DNA of 64,000 nucleotides from Candidatus Bathyarchaeota archaeon. GTDB lineage: Archaea; Thermoproteota; Bathyarchaeia; Bathyarchaeales; Bathycorpusculaceae. Below the pieces are notes generated by a model, which saw only the letters and a list, made by a program, of their open reading frames with translations, made no database searches and was not told where the DNA came from. Each line of letters starts with the position of its first letter. Position 1 is the first letter of the stretch. Shown here one piece after another: positions 50,809 to 60,218 of this stretch. The stretch is taken from assembly GCA_963702095.1 (NCBI GenBank), contig OY969706.1, forward strand, positions 1,824,001-1,888,000, in the 5' to 3' direction. The translations under genes were made by a program, and so were the position numbers.

Positions 50809-51548
50809 CTACTCAGGCTGGGCACGTTTCATCCAATCAAACGCAAAAACTTCTGCTTTTCCACTCTGGAGGGCGTCAAGTACCAGTTGAGCAACGTGCT
50901 CGGCGGTGTCAGCTTTAGCCCATGCTTGCTGCCCCCTCAAAGATTTCCTCTTGCCCCTGCACAGAAGCATCTTTAATCGTGTTTTCCTCAAAATCTGTTG
51001 AGGTGATATAGGGGTAGACTACGGATACGTTGATGTGGTCTTCTTAGTTCCTCGCGTGCAGTGAGGCTGAATTGCGCCAGCGCCGCCTTCATTGCTGAGT
51101 AAGCACCCATATCGGGCAACTGCATCAACGCTGTTCCAGAACTGATGTTGACGATTGCGCCGCCGCCCAACATACGCATAACAGGAATCGCCTCTTTCAT
51201 AGCCACAACTGGGCGTAGCATGTCTAGGTCAAAGAGATACTGGAAAGTGCAGATATTCGTCTTTTCAGCTGGCGCATCGTAGCCGACTCCTGCATTGTTT
51301 ACTAAGATGTCTATTCTGCCAAAATGTGTTAGCACAGTTTTTACCATGCTGATTACTTCTTCAGGTTTAGACATGTCCGCTTGGACTGCAACTGCATCAG
51401 GTAATTCTTTAGCCAACGCTTCAAGTTTCTTTTTTGAGCGGGCAACCAACGCAAGTTTGGCGCCGCTGCCCGATAAGAGCTTAGCCACCGCGTACCCAAT
51501 GCCCATTGAAGCACCCGTTACAATGGCGACTTTTCCATTAACATCCAT
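50809..51548 (-). pseudogene. SDR oxidoreductase with two frameshifts (or sequencing errors)
   Basis: TGASMGIG, NNAG and YSAMK. The frame breaks near 51043 (continues DHINVSVVYPYITSTDF) and again near 50925. Confidence 0.8.
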
Positions 51549-51605
51549 CCCTAAAACCTCCAATCATACAGGAGCAACCATTTATTAAAAATAATCTGTC
51601 CAGCG

Positions 51606-52016
51606 CTAAGCAACTTTCTGCTGAACAGTAACCAAGTAGCTCGGCAAACTTTCGATGCATTGAACTTCATGCCCGACTAGCCCACGCAGTTCAAGCCAGA
51701 AACGGATGTTTGCCTTAATTTTAACTCTCTCAAGGTCACGCTGCAGCCGCTTTGTGCCTTCCCTGCCACGGCGATCAAAATCCAGCAGCAAAATAACCTC
51801 GCGTGCGCCTGACGCTTCGATTTCGCTGGTGGCTTGCAGAAACGATTTGCCGCCGCTCTTCACCATCAAAACCACGCCGCCTACCCCTAAACCTTGGAGT
51901 GCTTGGGCGTCTTTTTTGCCTTCAACCACGATGGGTTTGCCTTTAGCGGATTCCTCTGTGAGTTTAGCTATGAGATGCTCAATTTTTTCAACGCGGTCTT
52001 TTTGGTGCGTAGACAA
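51606..52016 (-). CDS. TOPRIM domain protein
   Basis: IVVEGKKD..AL and LLDFDRRG. Confidence 0.9.
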   Translation of the reverse strand: MSTHQKDRVEKIEHLIAKLTEESAKGKPIVVEGKKDAQALQGLGVGGVVLMVKSGGKSFLQATSEIEASGAREVILLLDFDRRGREGTKRLQRDLERVKIKANIRFWLELRGLVGHEVQCIESLPSYLVTVQQKVA

Positions 52017-52021
52017 AGCGT

Positions 52022-53110
52022 CTACCTTGTGATTTTTGCTTGCCGCACCGTTTCTAAGCAGTCTTTAGCTTCCTTGTTGTTTGCAAAGTAGCGACGTACA
52101 GGTTCAAGAATTTCGCCCAACTGGGTGGCGACGCCGTTTTTGAGGTCCATGGGGTGCAGTTTGCCTTCGGTGTAAGCTGATTCGAGTGCTTGGAAGCTTT
52201 CGAATTGGATGTTTCCGCCGAATTTGGCTGGGCGCTCGATGGTGAGGACTGGTTTTTCTCGGAAGACGATGTATCGGCAGATGTCCATTATGGGGTTGTG
52301 CTTGACGGTTCGTTCGGGGCAGAAGGCTTTGGAGAGTTTCTGCTTGATTTCTTCAGGCGAATCATAGATGAAGATGCATGTGTCAGGTTTGCTCTTAGAC
52401 ATTTTTGCCGATGCAATGGCTTCGCGTTCTTGACCCTCTGGAATCGGCCAAATCGCTGGTTTAGCGAGGCCCTGAAGCAGGTGATGGTGAACGCAGACGG
52501 GTTTCCAGTAACCGATTTTTTCACCGATTTCCCGTGCAACCATGTTGGCTTTACGTTGGTCCAAACCAAGCTGACAGATTTTAACGTCTAACTCAAAAAT
52601 GTCTGCGACCTGCATCGGCGTGTAAAGGTAGTCGCTGACATAGTGGGCTTCACCTTCCTTGCGTCCCGCGATTTCCAGTGTGCGGGTGGTTCTTGCGATG
52701 GTGAGTTCTTTGGCGATTTTCACTGTTTTTGCCCAGTAATCAATGTCTTTGTAGAGTTCATCGCTGTAGATGAATTCCACTTTATCGCCAGGTACGCCCA
52801 ATGCGAGCCAGCTATGGCGGAAGAGGTCTGCTGCTTTGCGGATGAGTTCACGGTCGCCACCGAGCTTGTTATTTAGCCACGCGTGCCAGGTTGCGAGAAA
52901 GGCTTTGAAGTTGATGCCGGCTTCGGCGAAGTCCTTCATTTTGTAAGCGCAGATAACGCCTGTGCCGAGGTGCGCCAAGCCTGAGGGTTCCCAACCGTTG
53001 TAGGCGATGGGGTGCTCTTCCTTCTCTAATAGGGTTCGGAGGTCTTCTGGGGTGACAACTTCCTCGGTTGGTGGTCTGCAGATAAGCTCAATTTTTCGTT
53101 CAATATCCAC
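52022..53110 (-). CDS. tyrS: tyrosyl-tRNA synthetase (archaeal type)
   Basis: YNGWEPSG.AHLGT, YTPMQVADIF, G.DQRKA, KMSKS, KAFCP, LHPMDLK. Confidence 0.96.
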   Translation of the reverse strand: MDIERKIELICRPPTEEVVTPEDLRTLLEKEEHPIAYNGWEPSGLAHLGTGVICAYKMKDFAEAGINFKAFLATWHAWLNNKLGGDRELIRKAADLFRHSWLALGVPGDKVEFIYSDELYKDIDYWAKTVKIAKELTIARTTRTLEIAGRKEGEAHYVSDYLYTPMQVADIFELDVKICQLGLDQRKANMVAREIGEKIGYWKPVCVHHHLLQGLAKPAIWPIPEGQEREAIASAKMSKSKPDTCIFIYDSPEEIKQKLSKAFCPERTVKHNPIMDICRYIVFREKPVLTIERPAKFGGNIQFESFQALESAYTEGKLHPMDLKNGVATQLGEILEPVRRYFANNKEAKDCLETVRQAKITR

Positions 53111-53229
53111 GGTTATTCCAGCATTGCCTTTGAATTAACAGCCTTTTAATGTACTTCTTTGACTTAAAAATTTAGGGGCTGAAAAATCAGCGTCCAGTAT
53201 TTTTTTGAGAGAAAAGAGGGGTTGAAAAA

Positions 53230-56200
53230 TTATTTTGTCACGCGAGGTTTCCTACGTTTATAAAAGGTCCACTCAACAATGGATGATAACGCAACGGCTG
53301 CAGCTATCGATGCAAACAGGTAAATCATCTTTGCATTTACGGTATCTTGCGGTTGTTGTGTAGGCGAAGGCTGTGTGGAGGGCTGAGGAGTTACATAGGG
53401 TGAGGGGGGAGGTGTCACCGAAGGATTAGGAACTGGAATGACTGGCCAAGTGAAATTGTAATTTGGAAACTCTTGTCTAGTAAGCATCATTTCAGTAACA
53501 TGCGTGGTGTCGCCGTTGTCGGGTACCCCGTCGAAGTCGCTGTCTGGCAGCCATGGGTCCAACCCAAGTTCAAGCTCTACTGAATCGCTGACTCCATCGC
53601 CGTCAGTGTCATTTGAAAGCGGATTTAACATAATCTCGTATTCGAATCCGTCGGGTAAGCCATCGTGGTCAGAGTCGCCGCTTAAGGCATTTGTGCCAAG
53701 CAAGACTTCATAGCCGTCTACCAGTTGATCATTGTCTGAATCGGCGTTGAGAGGGTTGGTTCCGTCTTGGAATTCAGCGTTATCAAATAGGAAGTCGCCA
53801 TCCGAGTCCGGATTTAGCGGGTCAGAGCCGAATAGCACTTCTTGGTAGTCAGAGATTCCATCATCGTCTGTGTCTGTGTCTGCGGGGTTGGTGCCCAACT
53901 GGAACTCTTCCAGATCAGATAGCCCATCGCCGTCGGTGTCTTGTATGGTTGGGTCAGCGCCCGAAGTCAATTCCGACGCATCAGGCAAACCATCGCCGTC
54001 TGTATCATAGTTCAGTGGGTTCATGCTGGGTGAATGGTGCCATTGGAATTCTGTTAAGTCTGTGACTCCGTCGCCGTCTGTGTCAGGAGACTGCGGATTG
54101 AGCCCCGAGTCGTATTCGGCTTTGTCAGATAACCCGTCGAAGTCTGTGTCTGATAGCATTGGGTCGCTTTGAACATGAATGGTGTAGGTTCCGGTGGTGT
54201 TTGTGAATGTGATGTCCCAGCCGTTTGTTTCGGTGCTGCTCTGTAGTCCGTCGCCGTCGCGGTCGGGCATGTCATCGACGATTGGCTGTTCATCAACTGC
54301 TTTCTGTGTAAACATGCTAATTCGGTTCAGGTAATGGCTTTCTCCCGTACTTTGTTGGATAACGTATATGGTGTCGTTTGAACCGATGGCTAAGTATGTG
54401 GGGGTAAGATAGGACCCGCCTATTCCTGAGCCCTGTCCACCCCAAGACGCTATTGGCATCCAGTTCGGATCAAACTTGTCTATTCTCTGGTTGCCTGAGT
54501 CCATGACGTAGAGGTATCCCTCGACGTCAACGTCTACGCCGGTTGGGTTGTCAAAGGCAACTGAATAGGTGCTGTTGGCGTAACCAGTTAAACTGTGCAT
54601 GTAGTTTCCTTGGGTGTCGAATACTGCGACTCGGTCAAGTTTTGAGGGTTCGCCCAGCCAAGCCATTCCCTGGCCGTCTTCGGCAACGTATACTCGGCTG
54701 TTGTTTGAGTCGACAGCAATGTCAGTTATGTAGCTGAATTCATCTATTTCTGGGCCATAGTTGCCCCAGGTTCGCAGCAATGTCCCGTTTGAAGCGTACT
54801 GGTCAACGTAAACTCTTGTAGCTACTGTAGCGGTGTCGGGGTCCCAATAAACCATGTTGAAAATCCAGCCCGCGGTCCTTGCGACGAAAACGTTGCCGTC
54901 AGCGTCACAAGCCAGTGTTATTAGGCCTGATTGCAGGTCAAGGTCTGTTTTGCTTGCCCAAGCGGCTCCAGCTTGCGTTCCATCTAGGTGGAACGTCTTT
55001 ATGTTGGCTTCGTCAACGATGTCTCTTGGCACTTCTGTGCGGTAATAGTTGCTGAAGTGAGCTAAGGCGTTTTTTTGGTCGATTGCTATGCTGTCTCTGA
55101 GTTCCCCCTCAGGCAATGCCCCCGTCAAATTCCATGTGGTGACCAAAGTTAGGTCGGCGTCAAAAACCCACACGTGACAGCTGAAGCCTTCGCTTGCGTT
55201 TGCCCTGCCAAAAACGTAAACGTAGCCGTCGCCGTCTAAGGCGATGTCATAGAGACCTCCCTCCAAGGACAAATCCACCTGCCTAGTTAGTTCAAGGAGT
55301 GTTTTTTCAACCCGCGGGTTCGAAGTGTCTGCAACTCCGTCCGCGTCTGTGTCTGGAGTTCTTGGATTCAACCCGGTCGAATACTCCTCATAGTCGGTTA
55401 CGCCGTCGCCGTCGCTGTCACTTACGCGTGGGTCAGAGAATACTCGTATAGTGAACTGCTTTGAAGAATCACCCAAATAGTTAATTCTGATAAGATAGCC
55501 CGATAGCTCTTGATAATCGGGCAAGCCGTCTCCGTCGGTGTCACTGTTTGTGGCGTTGGTCCCAAAAATTAATTCGTACCCGTCTGTTAACCCATCCATG
55601 TCCATGTCATAGTTTTTGGGGTTCAAACCATTGTACACTTCATATTTGTCGTTTAACCCGTCAGCGTCGCCGTCAAAAGCGAATGGGTTACTCGTGGTTT
55701 CATTCACATTGGCGATGCCGTCGCCGTCGCTATCGATTGGTTTTACTCCTGCCCAACGGGAGAAATCGTCTATGCTGCCAGGTAACACGTCATAGTATAC
55801 TGTGGTGAATTGAGATGAGGCGGTGCCGCTTTGCAGGTCTGTGTGGTAGCAGGGGACAAAAAGTATCCAGTGATGCCAAGCGTGGTATAAACCGTAGTTA
55901 ATGTTGACTCTTATGCTAACAGGGAAATTCGGCATGCCAATCCCGGGTTCGATGTATGCACTTGTGGAGTACTCTTCTGTTTTGTAGTTGCCAGCCACTG
56001 TAACGTTCTTTTGTGAAACCGGAGGTATCCCTGAGGAGGCATTTTTAGAATTAGACCCAGGCGGAACATCGATTGAAATGTAGGGTCTATACCAGCTACT
56101 GGCCGCATACGAGTAGCTGTTGCCCACTGTTACGTTGACTTTGCTTGTGATTTTTAGTTGGGCGCTTATTCTGTCGCCTACGTCAAGGCCGTTTGCGTCT

Positions 56201-58686
56201 TTGTCAGTGATGGTTATGTTTGGTACACCGATGTCTTCTAGGTTTCCGCTAACAACGGCGTCCTCTTTTGGACCAAAAGCCTTCATCAACACGTTCATTA
56301 GTTTGTCTGAGAAACCCCCGAATATGTCGGCGATGACTATTGCTAAATCTATAAGCCATCCAACGTAAGGTATCTCGCCAATGGCATATAGAACCGCAGC
56401 GTAGATTATTGCGTAGGTTGCAGCGGCGATTCCATAAGATGCCCCCATAGATTGACCCAGATGCCCGCCTACCTGGTTTGCAATGATAAAGCCTGAAACA
56501 ATCGACAAGCCGACATCAACTATTATTGCCAGTATGTCTAAACCTTTCATTACTTTATCGAGGGTTCTTAGTCCTTTTAATCCGACAACGCCTTTTTCTG
56601 CAGCGCCCATTTCCTGGCAGGTTTTTGCCCACAGCTTAAAAGTGCTTGTTTTCCCAGTACCCAGCATGTTAGCTATTGAGCCACTGCTTAAGCCACCTAT
56701 CTTGAGGAGCTGAATTGATTTGTAAGCTTTTAGGGCAACTCCGCCGCGGGTTAGAAGCATCATGCTTTCAAAGCCTATGGTGAAGGCGATGAACCACTCC
56801 GGCGTGCCAGCATTAGAGGTATCGGGAACACCCGCCGTTGTTATGGTCTGTTCGCCGGTGTTCCACATTAGAACCAAGGATTCTGTGTTGAAACGGGCTT
56901 CCTCACTCAGTTGCCAACCATCAATGTGGCGAATTACCTCGTCGATTTCAAGCGCTGACTGCTGCGTTGTTTTGTAAAAGTTCATCTTCAGCGATTTAGT
57001 CGTCATCAACGACTCATCAACCATGTCGACGCTATAGCTGCTGCCTAAAACAGCTCCGCCCGACGAGAACTGGGACATCTCCGCCATCTTTAGCCTTTCT
57101 TCGACGGCGATGATTACTGGAAGCGTTTGGTTCTGGGGTAACGTTTGCAGAGCAGCAGGCAACATCGTGTTACTCATCTCAACTAAAGCTTCATCGCTTG
57201 TTTTAAACGACCCCACCAAAGAGAGAACATTTGCGCTGTAACTTGAAAGGATCGACGGCATGTCTGCGAGACTATTTGACGAGTTTCTCAAGAAACTGTA
57301 GCCCATAAGCAGGTTGCTGCGGATTGTTTCTTCTTCATCTGAGCTAAAAAACAGTCCTAAGTCAGCTCCAAAAGTTTGGCTGACAGTAAAACCGGTTAGC
57401 GCCATCGGCTGTTTATATGTGGATAACACCGTCCACTCTCCCAAACAGCCCTTGTCTACCAATTGGAAACGGGCTGCTGTGGAGTTAGTGCCGTCAGCGA
57501 CTAGAGAGTTGTCTGCTGTGACAGAAACAAGTTTGCCGTTTGAAGCAGTTAAGCTGATTGAGGTGTTAGTGGGGTAGGATAGCTTGAAGGTTTCTTTATC
57601 GCTGATTGTTTTGCCGTTAGCAAGGATTGAACCGTTATCCGCCATTGACAGGTAGGGGCCATCTTTTAATTTGAATGCAACCGTGTCCTCGCCTGTGGGA
57701 ATCCACTGGAAAGTTTCAGAGAGCGCGGGTGTTTGGCTGTTAGCAACCAGTTTGCCTTCGGCTGTTGCGGAAACATAGTTGCCGTTGTATGCTACCAGTG
57801 CCTTGGCTTCTTGGTCGCTGTACCCTAAGATGCGCCATACAAGCTCCACATCCATTGAAAGTGACAGCGGTGTGGAAGAGTTGTAGAATATTTGGGAGGT
57901 AAAAGCAACTATGGCGTCGTTTTCCCATACTGGGTAAACAGGCGTGTGCATGCCATAATCGGTTACAACTATGCCGAAGTCAGCTACGTCTGCCTGATTG
58001 GGCTTAACATTAACGGTTATATTCAACTGGGGGGCTGCCTTTACGTCTTCCCGTGAATCATCGAGGTCTCTCATGGAACCTTGGTCGTCACTTGGCCAAT
58101 CCCACTGCTGATAGTACAGTTTTAAGGAATCAGGGTTCTTGGGCTTGAATTGCAGAGTAATAAACGTGGGTTTTCCTTCTAACTCTAAATCAAAATGGTA
58201 ATTATCGTTGATGTTAGTTTTCGAGAAAGGCGACAAGTCAACCCCGTCATTCACGCCGTCCCCATCGTTATCGTAGTCCCAGATGTTCGTGATGGTATCC
58301 CCATCTAAATCAAGGTTAGCGCACCCGTGGACCTCGAGGTAATCGGTTAAACCGTCACTGTTTGTGTCAGGTTTGAGAGGATCAGAGTCTAATTGAACTT
58401 CCTCGTAATCGGTGAGCCCATCAAAATCTGTGTCGCTGTTGTTGAAGTCGGTACCTATCACAAACTCAACGGTGTCGTAGAGAGAGTCGTTGTCGTTGTC
58501 GGTTCGGTTTTCAAGCGGCGTTGCCTCCATAAGCTGAGGCACTAAATCCTTTAGACCTGTGGTTGTTCTGGGCGGCGGAACCTCCCCTTTAACTAGACTT
58601 GTAAGTGAAGGCGTTACTTCAGAAGCAAAAAGCAAAACAATTAGCGTTAAACCTACGATTATATACCGTAGCTTCTTGGGTGCCAA
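53230..58686 (-). CDS. giant cell-surface protein: TSP3-like Ca-binding repeats, fascin-like trefoil, hydrophobic helical domain, NHL propeller, C-terminal anchor
   Basis: Many DP...DTDxDG.xD..E repeats; A.NG.YVSA / ETF trefoil repeats; NHL blades (F.NPTGVDVD..G.LYV.DSGNQRI.KFD); Pro/Thr linker, TM helix and KRRK. Confidence 0.88.
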   Translation of the reverse strand: MAPKKLRYIIVGLTLIVLLFASEVTPSLTSLVKGEVPPPRTTTGLKDLVPQLMEATPLENRTDNDNDSLYDTVEFVIGTDFNNSDTDFDGLTDYEEVQLDSDPLKPDTNSDGLTDYLEVHGCANLDLDGDTITNIWDYDNDGDGVNDGVDLSPFSKTNINDNYHFDLELEGKPTFITLQFKPKNPDSLKLYYQQWDWPSDDQGSMRDLDDSREDVKAAPQLNITVNVKPNQADVADFGIVVTDYGMHTPVYPVWENDAIVAFTSQIFYNSSTPLSLSMDVELVWRILGYSDQEAKALVAYNGNYVSATAEGKLVANSQTPALSETFQWIPTGEDTVAFKLKDGPYLSMADNGSILANGKTISDKETFKLSYPTNTSISLTASNGKLVSVTADNSLVADGTNSTAARFQLVDKGCLGEWTVLSTYKQPMALTGFTVSQTFGADLGLFFSSDEEETIRSNLLMGYSFLRNSSNSLADMPSILSSYSANVLSLVGSFKTSDEALVEMSNTMLPAALQTLPQNQTLPVIIAVEERLKMAEMSQFSSGGAVLGSSYSVDMVDESLMTTKSLKMNFYKTTQQSALEIDEVIRHIDGWQLSEEARFNTESLVLMWNTGEQTITTAGVPDTSNAGTPEWFIAFTIGFESMMLLTRGGVALKAYKSIQLLKIGGLSSGSIANMLGTGKTSTFKLWAKTCQEMGAAEKGVVGLKGLRTLDKVMKGLDILAIIVDVGLSIVSGFIIANQVGGHLGQSMGASYGIAAATYAIIYAAVLYAIGEIPYVGWLIDLAIVIADIFGGFSDKLMNVLMKAFGPKEDAVVSGNLEDIGVPNITITDKDANGLDVGDRISAQLKITSKVNVTVGNSYSYAASSWYRPYISIDVPPGSNSKNASSGIPPVSQKNVTVAGNYKTEEYSTSAYIEPGIGMPNFPVSIRVNINYGLYHAWHHWILFVPCYHTDLQSGTASSQFTTVYYDVLPGSIDDFSRWAGVKPIDSDGDGIANVNETTSNPFAFDGDADGLNDKYEVYNGLNPKNYDMDMDGLTDGYELIFGTNATNSDTDGDGLPDYQELSGYLIRINYLGDSSKQFTIRVFSDPRVSDSDGDGVTDYEEYSTGLNPRTPDTDADGVADTSNPRVEKTLLELTRQVDLSLEGGLYDIALDGDGYVYVFGRANASEGFSCHVWVFDADLTLVTTWNLTGALPEGELRDSIAIDQKNALAHFSNYYRTEVPRDIVDEANIKTFHLDGTQAGAAWASKTDLDLQSGLITLACDADGNVFVARTAGWIFNMVYWDPDTATVATRVYVDQYASNGTLLRTWGNYGPEIDEFSYITDIAVDSNNSRVYVAEDGQGMAWLGEPSKLDRVAVFDTQGNYMHSLTGYANSTYSVAFDNPTGVDVDVEGYLYVMDSGNQRIDKFDPNWMPIASWGGQGSGIGGSYLTPTYLAIGSNDTIYVIQQSTGESHYLNRISMFTQKAVDEQPIVDDMPDRDGDGLQSSTETNGWDITFTNTTGTYTIHVQSDPMLSDTDFDGLSDKAEYDSGLNPQSPDTDGDGVTDLTEFQWHHSPSMNPLNYDTDGDGLPDASELTSGADPTIQDTDGDGLSDLEEFQLGTNPADTDTDDDGISDYQEVLFGSDPLNPDSDGDFLFDNAEFQDGTNPLNADSDNDQLVDGYEVLLGTNALSGDSDHDGLPDGFEYEIMLNPLSNDTDGDGVSDSVELELGLDPWLPDSDFDGVPDNGDTTHVTEMMLTRQEFPNYNFTWPVIPVPNPSVTPPPSPYVTPQPSTQPSPTQQPQDTVNAKMIYLFASIAAAVALSSIVEWTFYKRRKPRVTK

Positions 58687-59065
58687 ACTCTCTCCTCTCC
58701 AACAAAAAGTAGTTTGCAGCTTGTATTTAGTGTTAACGCTTGCTTGACCTTAAACTCGACTAGTCGGCGCTCATTAAAAAAGAGTAAATTTTGGCTTTGT
58801 TTTCGCGGGCGGTTTGTCTCCCATCGTAACCTAACACTCCACCTCATCGCTGAGCGTCGCTTTATGCTTGGTGGAGCTCTCTCGGCGCGGGAATTTGTGC
58901 CCGTGCCCACCGTGTCTCATGTTTGGGTGAACCCTTCGTCACGGCAACGCAAGCTTATTGGGTCTTGCAGCATCTGTTGGGTCCGTCGTCATGAGTGGAT
59001 TTAGCCAGTGGGATAATTTCGTATTAAGGCGAACCTGAACTCATTAAGGTTGTGCCAATCCAAAG

Positions 59066-59230
59066 TTACTTCGTAGCTACTCTATGGCTTCCCACGGTAT
59101 GCTGTGGTTTACCAGCGATAAACGCTTGTATGTTCTCGATTGTGACTTCAACTAGTCGGCGCAGGGATTCTTGACTGTTGAATGCGCAGTGAGGCGTAAT
59201 AATCACGTTGTTTAGCCTGAGCAATATATG
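59066..59230 (-). pseudogene. C-terminal remnant of a D-2-hydroxyacid dehydrogenase
   Basis: LLRLNNVIITPHCAFNSQESL.R.....IENI..F..G.P; the rest of the gene is absent. Confidence 0.8.
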
Positions 59231-59269
59231 AGCCCTCAGCATCGTCGCAAACTGTTGGCGGGGCACTAC

Positions 59270-59500
59270 TCGGTTGAAGTCATGAAAGAAGTAGGCTACG
59301 ATTTGACAAATCAAACTTCGAAAAGTCTTGACCAATTCCCGGGGGAACACTTCGGAATAATCGTCACCGTTTGTAAAAGAACAGAAGAAGAATGCCCAAC
59401 CCTGCCGGGGGTATCACATCAGGCCGTTTTGGGCGATCGAGGACCCCGAATGCGTGATCAGATAGATGTAAAGTCAAAGAAGTGCTAAAAGAAAAAGGCA
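59270..59500 (+). pseudogene. remnant of ArsC / LMW-PTP arsenate reductase
   Basis: VEVMKEVG.DL..Q.SK.L, IVTVC....E.CP, then WAIEDP and RDQI in shifted frames. The N-terminal CxxNxxRS motif is missing. Confidence 0.75.
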
Positions 59501-59532
59501 TCCCAATGCCAGATGGAACGGCAACATTAAGA

Positions 59533-59604
59533 TGGCGGGCGAGATTTGAACTCGGGCGAAAGGCTCCACAGGCCTCTATGCTGCCAAGCTACACCACCCC
59601 GGCC
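59533..59604 (-). tRNA. tRNA-His(GTG) with encoded G-1 and a shortened 3' strand
   Basis: G-GCCGGGG-TG-GTGTAGCTTGGCAGCAT-A-GAGGC-CTGTGGA-GCCTT-...CCGAG-TTCAAAT-CTCG-CCCGCCA. The expected 3' end is about CTCGG-CCCCGGC-C-CCA. Confidence 0.85.
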
Positions 59605-59808
59605 ACGTTGTTTGAGACGTGTTTTTGCTTGGTGTGTTAGTGATGTTTGGATTGTCCTTATTTTTGTTTTCGGAAGCCCTCATAGCGTTTATACAAAAAA
59701 ATCAAATAGCGCCGGTGGGTTGAAACCCACTGATTGAAGAGTCTGCATTATGTCAAAATCTATGTTTGTTCTGTTTCTCTTTTGTCTAATAGCCATTTTT
59801 TGGAGTTG

Positions 59809-59987
59809 CATGTTAATCACATCCACATGCTTTACGCCTCTGCATGAAGGCATGTACCGCGTGTGGAGAAAAAAGCGTATCCCACACCAAAACAGACGCC
59901 AAAATGCAATGCAACCCCAAAACACAACCGCTATCGATTACCGTCTTGTGACACCCGCAAGGCACCACACCCACATAAAGAGAGAAA
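59809..59987 (+). repeat. dispersed repeat family 1, full-length diverged copy
   Basis: GTGTGGAGAAAAA, TATCCCACACC.AAACAGACGC, CAATGCAACCCCAAAACACAACCG, GTCTTGTGACACCC and CCACATAAAGAGA blocks. Confidence 0.92.
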
Positions 59988-60060
59988 CCACAATTTGCTT
60001 TTTCATAGGGGAGAGAGGTCGCAGAAGCAACCGCTTTCTCAATGTTCGCTGCCACGCTGA

Positions 60061-60200
60061 ATTGCTTGCGGAATCCTCCACAACCAGCCAGCAACCCAAT
60101 GCAGACGTGGACAAAAAAACGGGCGCCAAATCAAAACGTGCTGGAAGATGATGAGTAAGGGCAGCGGCGGCGTCTTCTAATATTATAGGCAGCTAAAAAA
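60061..60200 (+). repeat. dispersed repeat family 2, full-length diverged copy
   Basis: TGCTTGCGGAATCCTCCACAACCAGCCAGCAACCCAA...GGAAGATGATGAGTAAGG...TCTAATATTA. Confidence 0.8.
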
Positions 60201-60218
60201 TGGGGGTTGGAAGGAGAC

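Noticed and set aside
53510-54270. Periodic nucleotide repeats (CCGTCGCCGTC-like)
   Set aside because: Explained by the encoded DxDGDG calcium-binding protein repeats.
58659-59004. ORFs of 83-96 aa upstream of the giant gene
   Set aside because: No recognisable motif in any frame; probably decayed sequence.
12119-59987. Family-1 and family-2 repeats as a CRISPR array or integron attC sites
   Set aside because: The copies are kilobases apart, occur in both orientations, lack regular spacers or RYYYAAC/GTTRRRY ends, and no cas or integrase gene is present.
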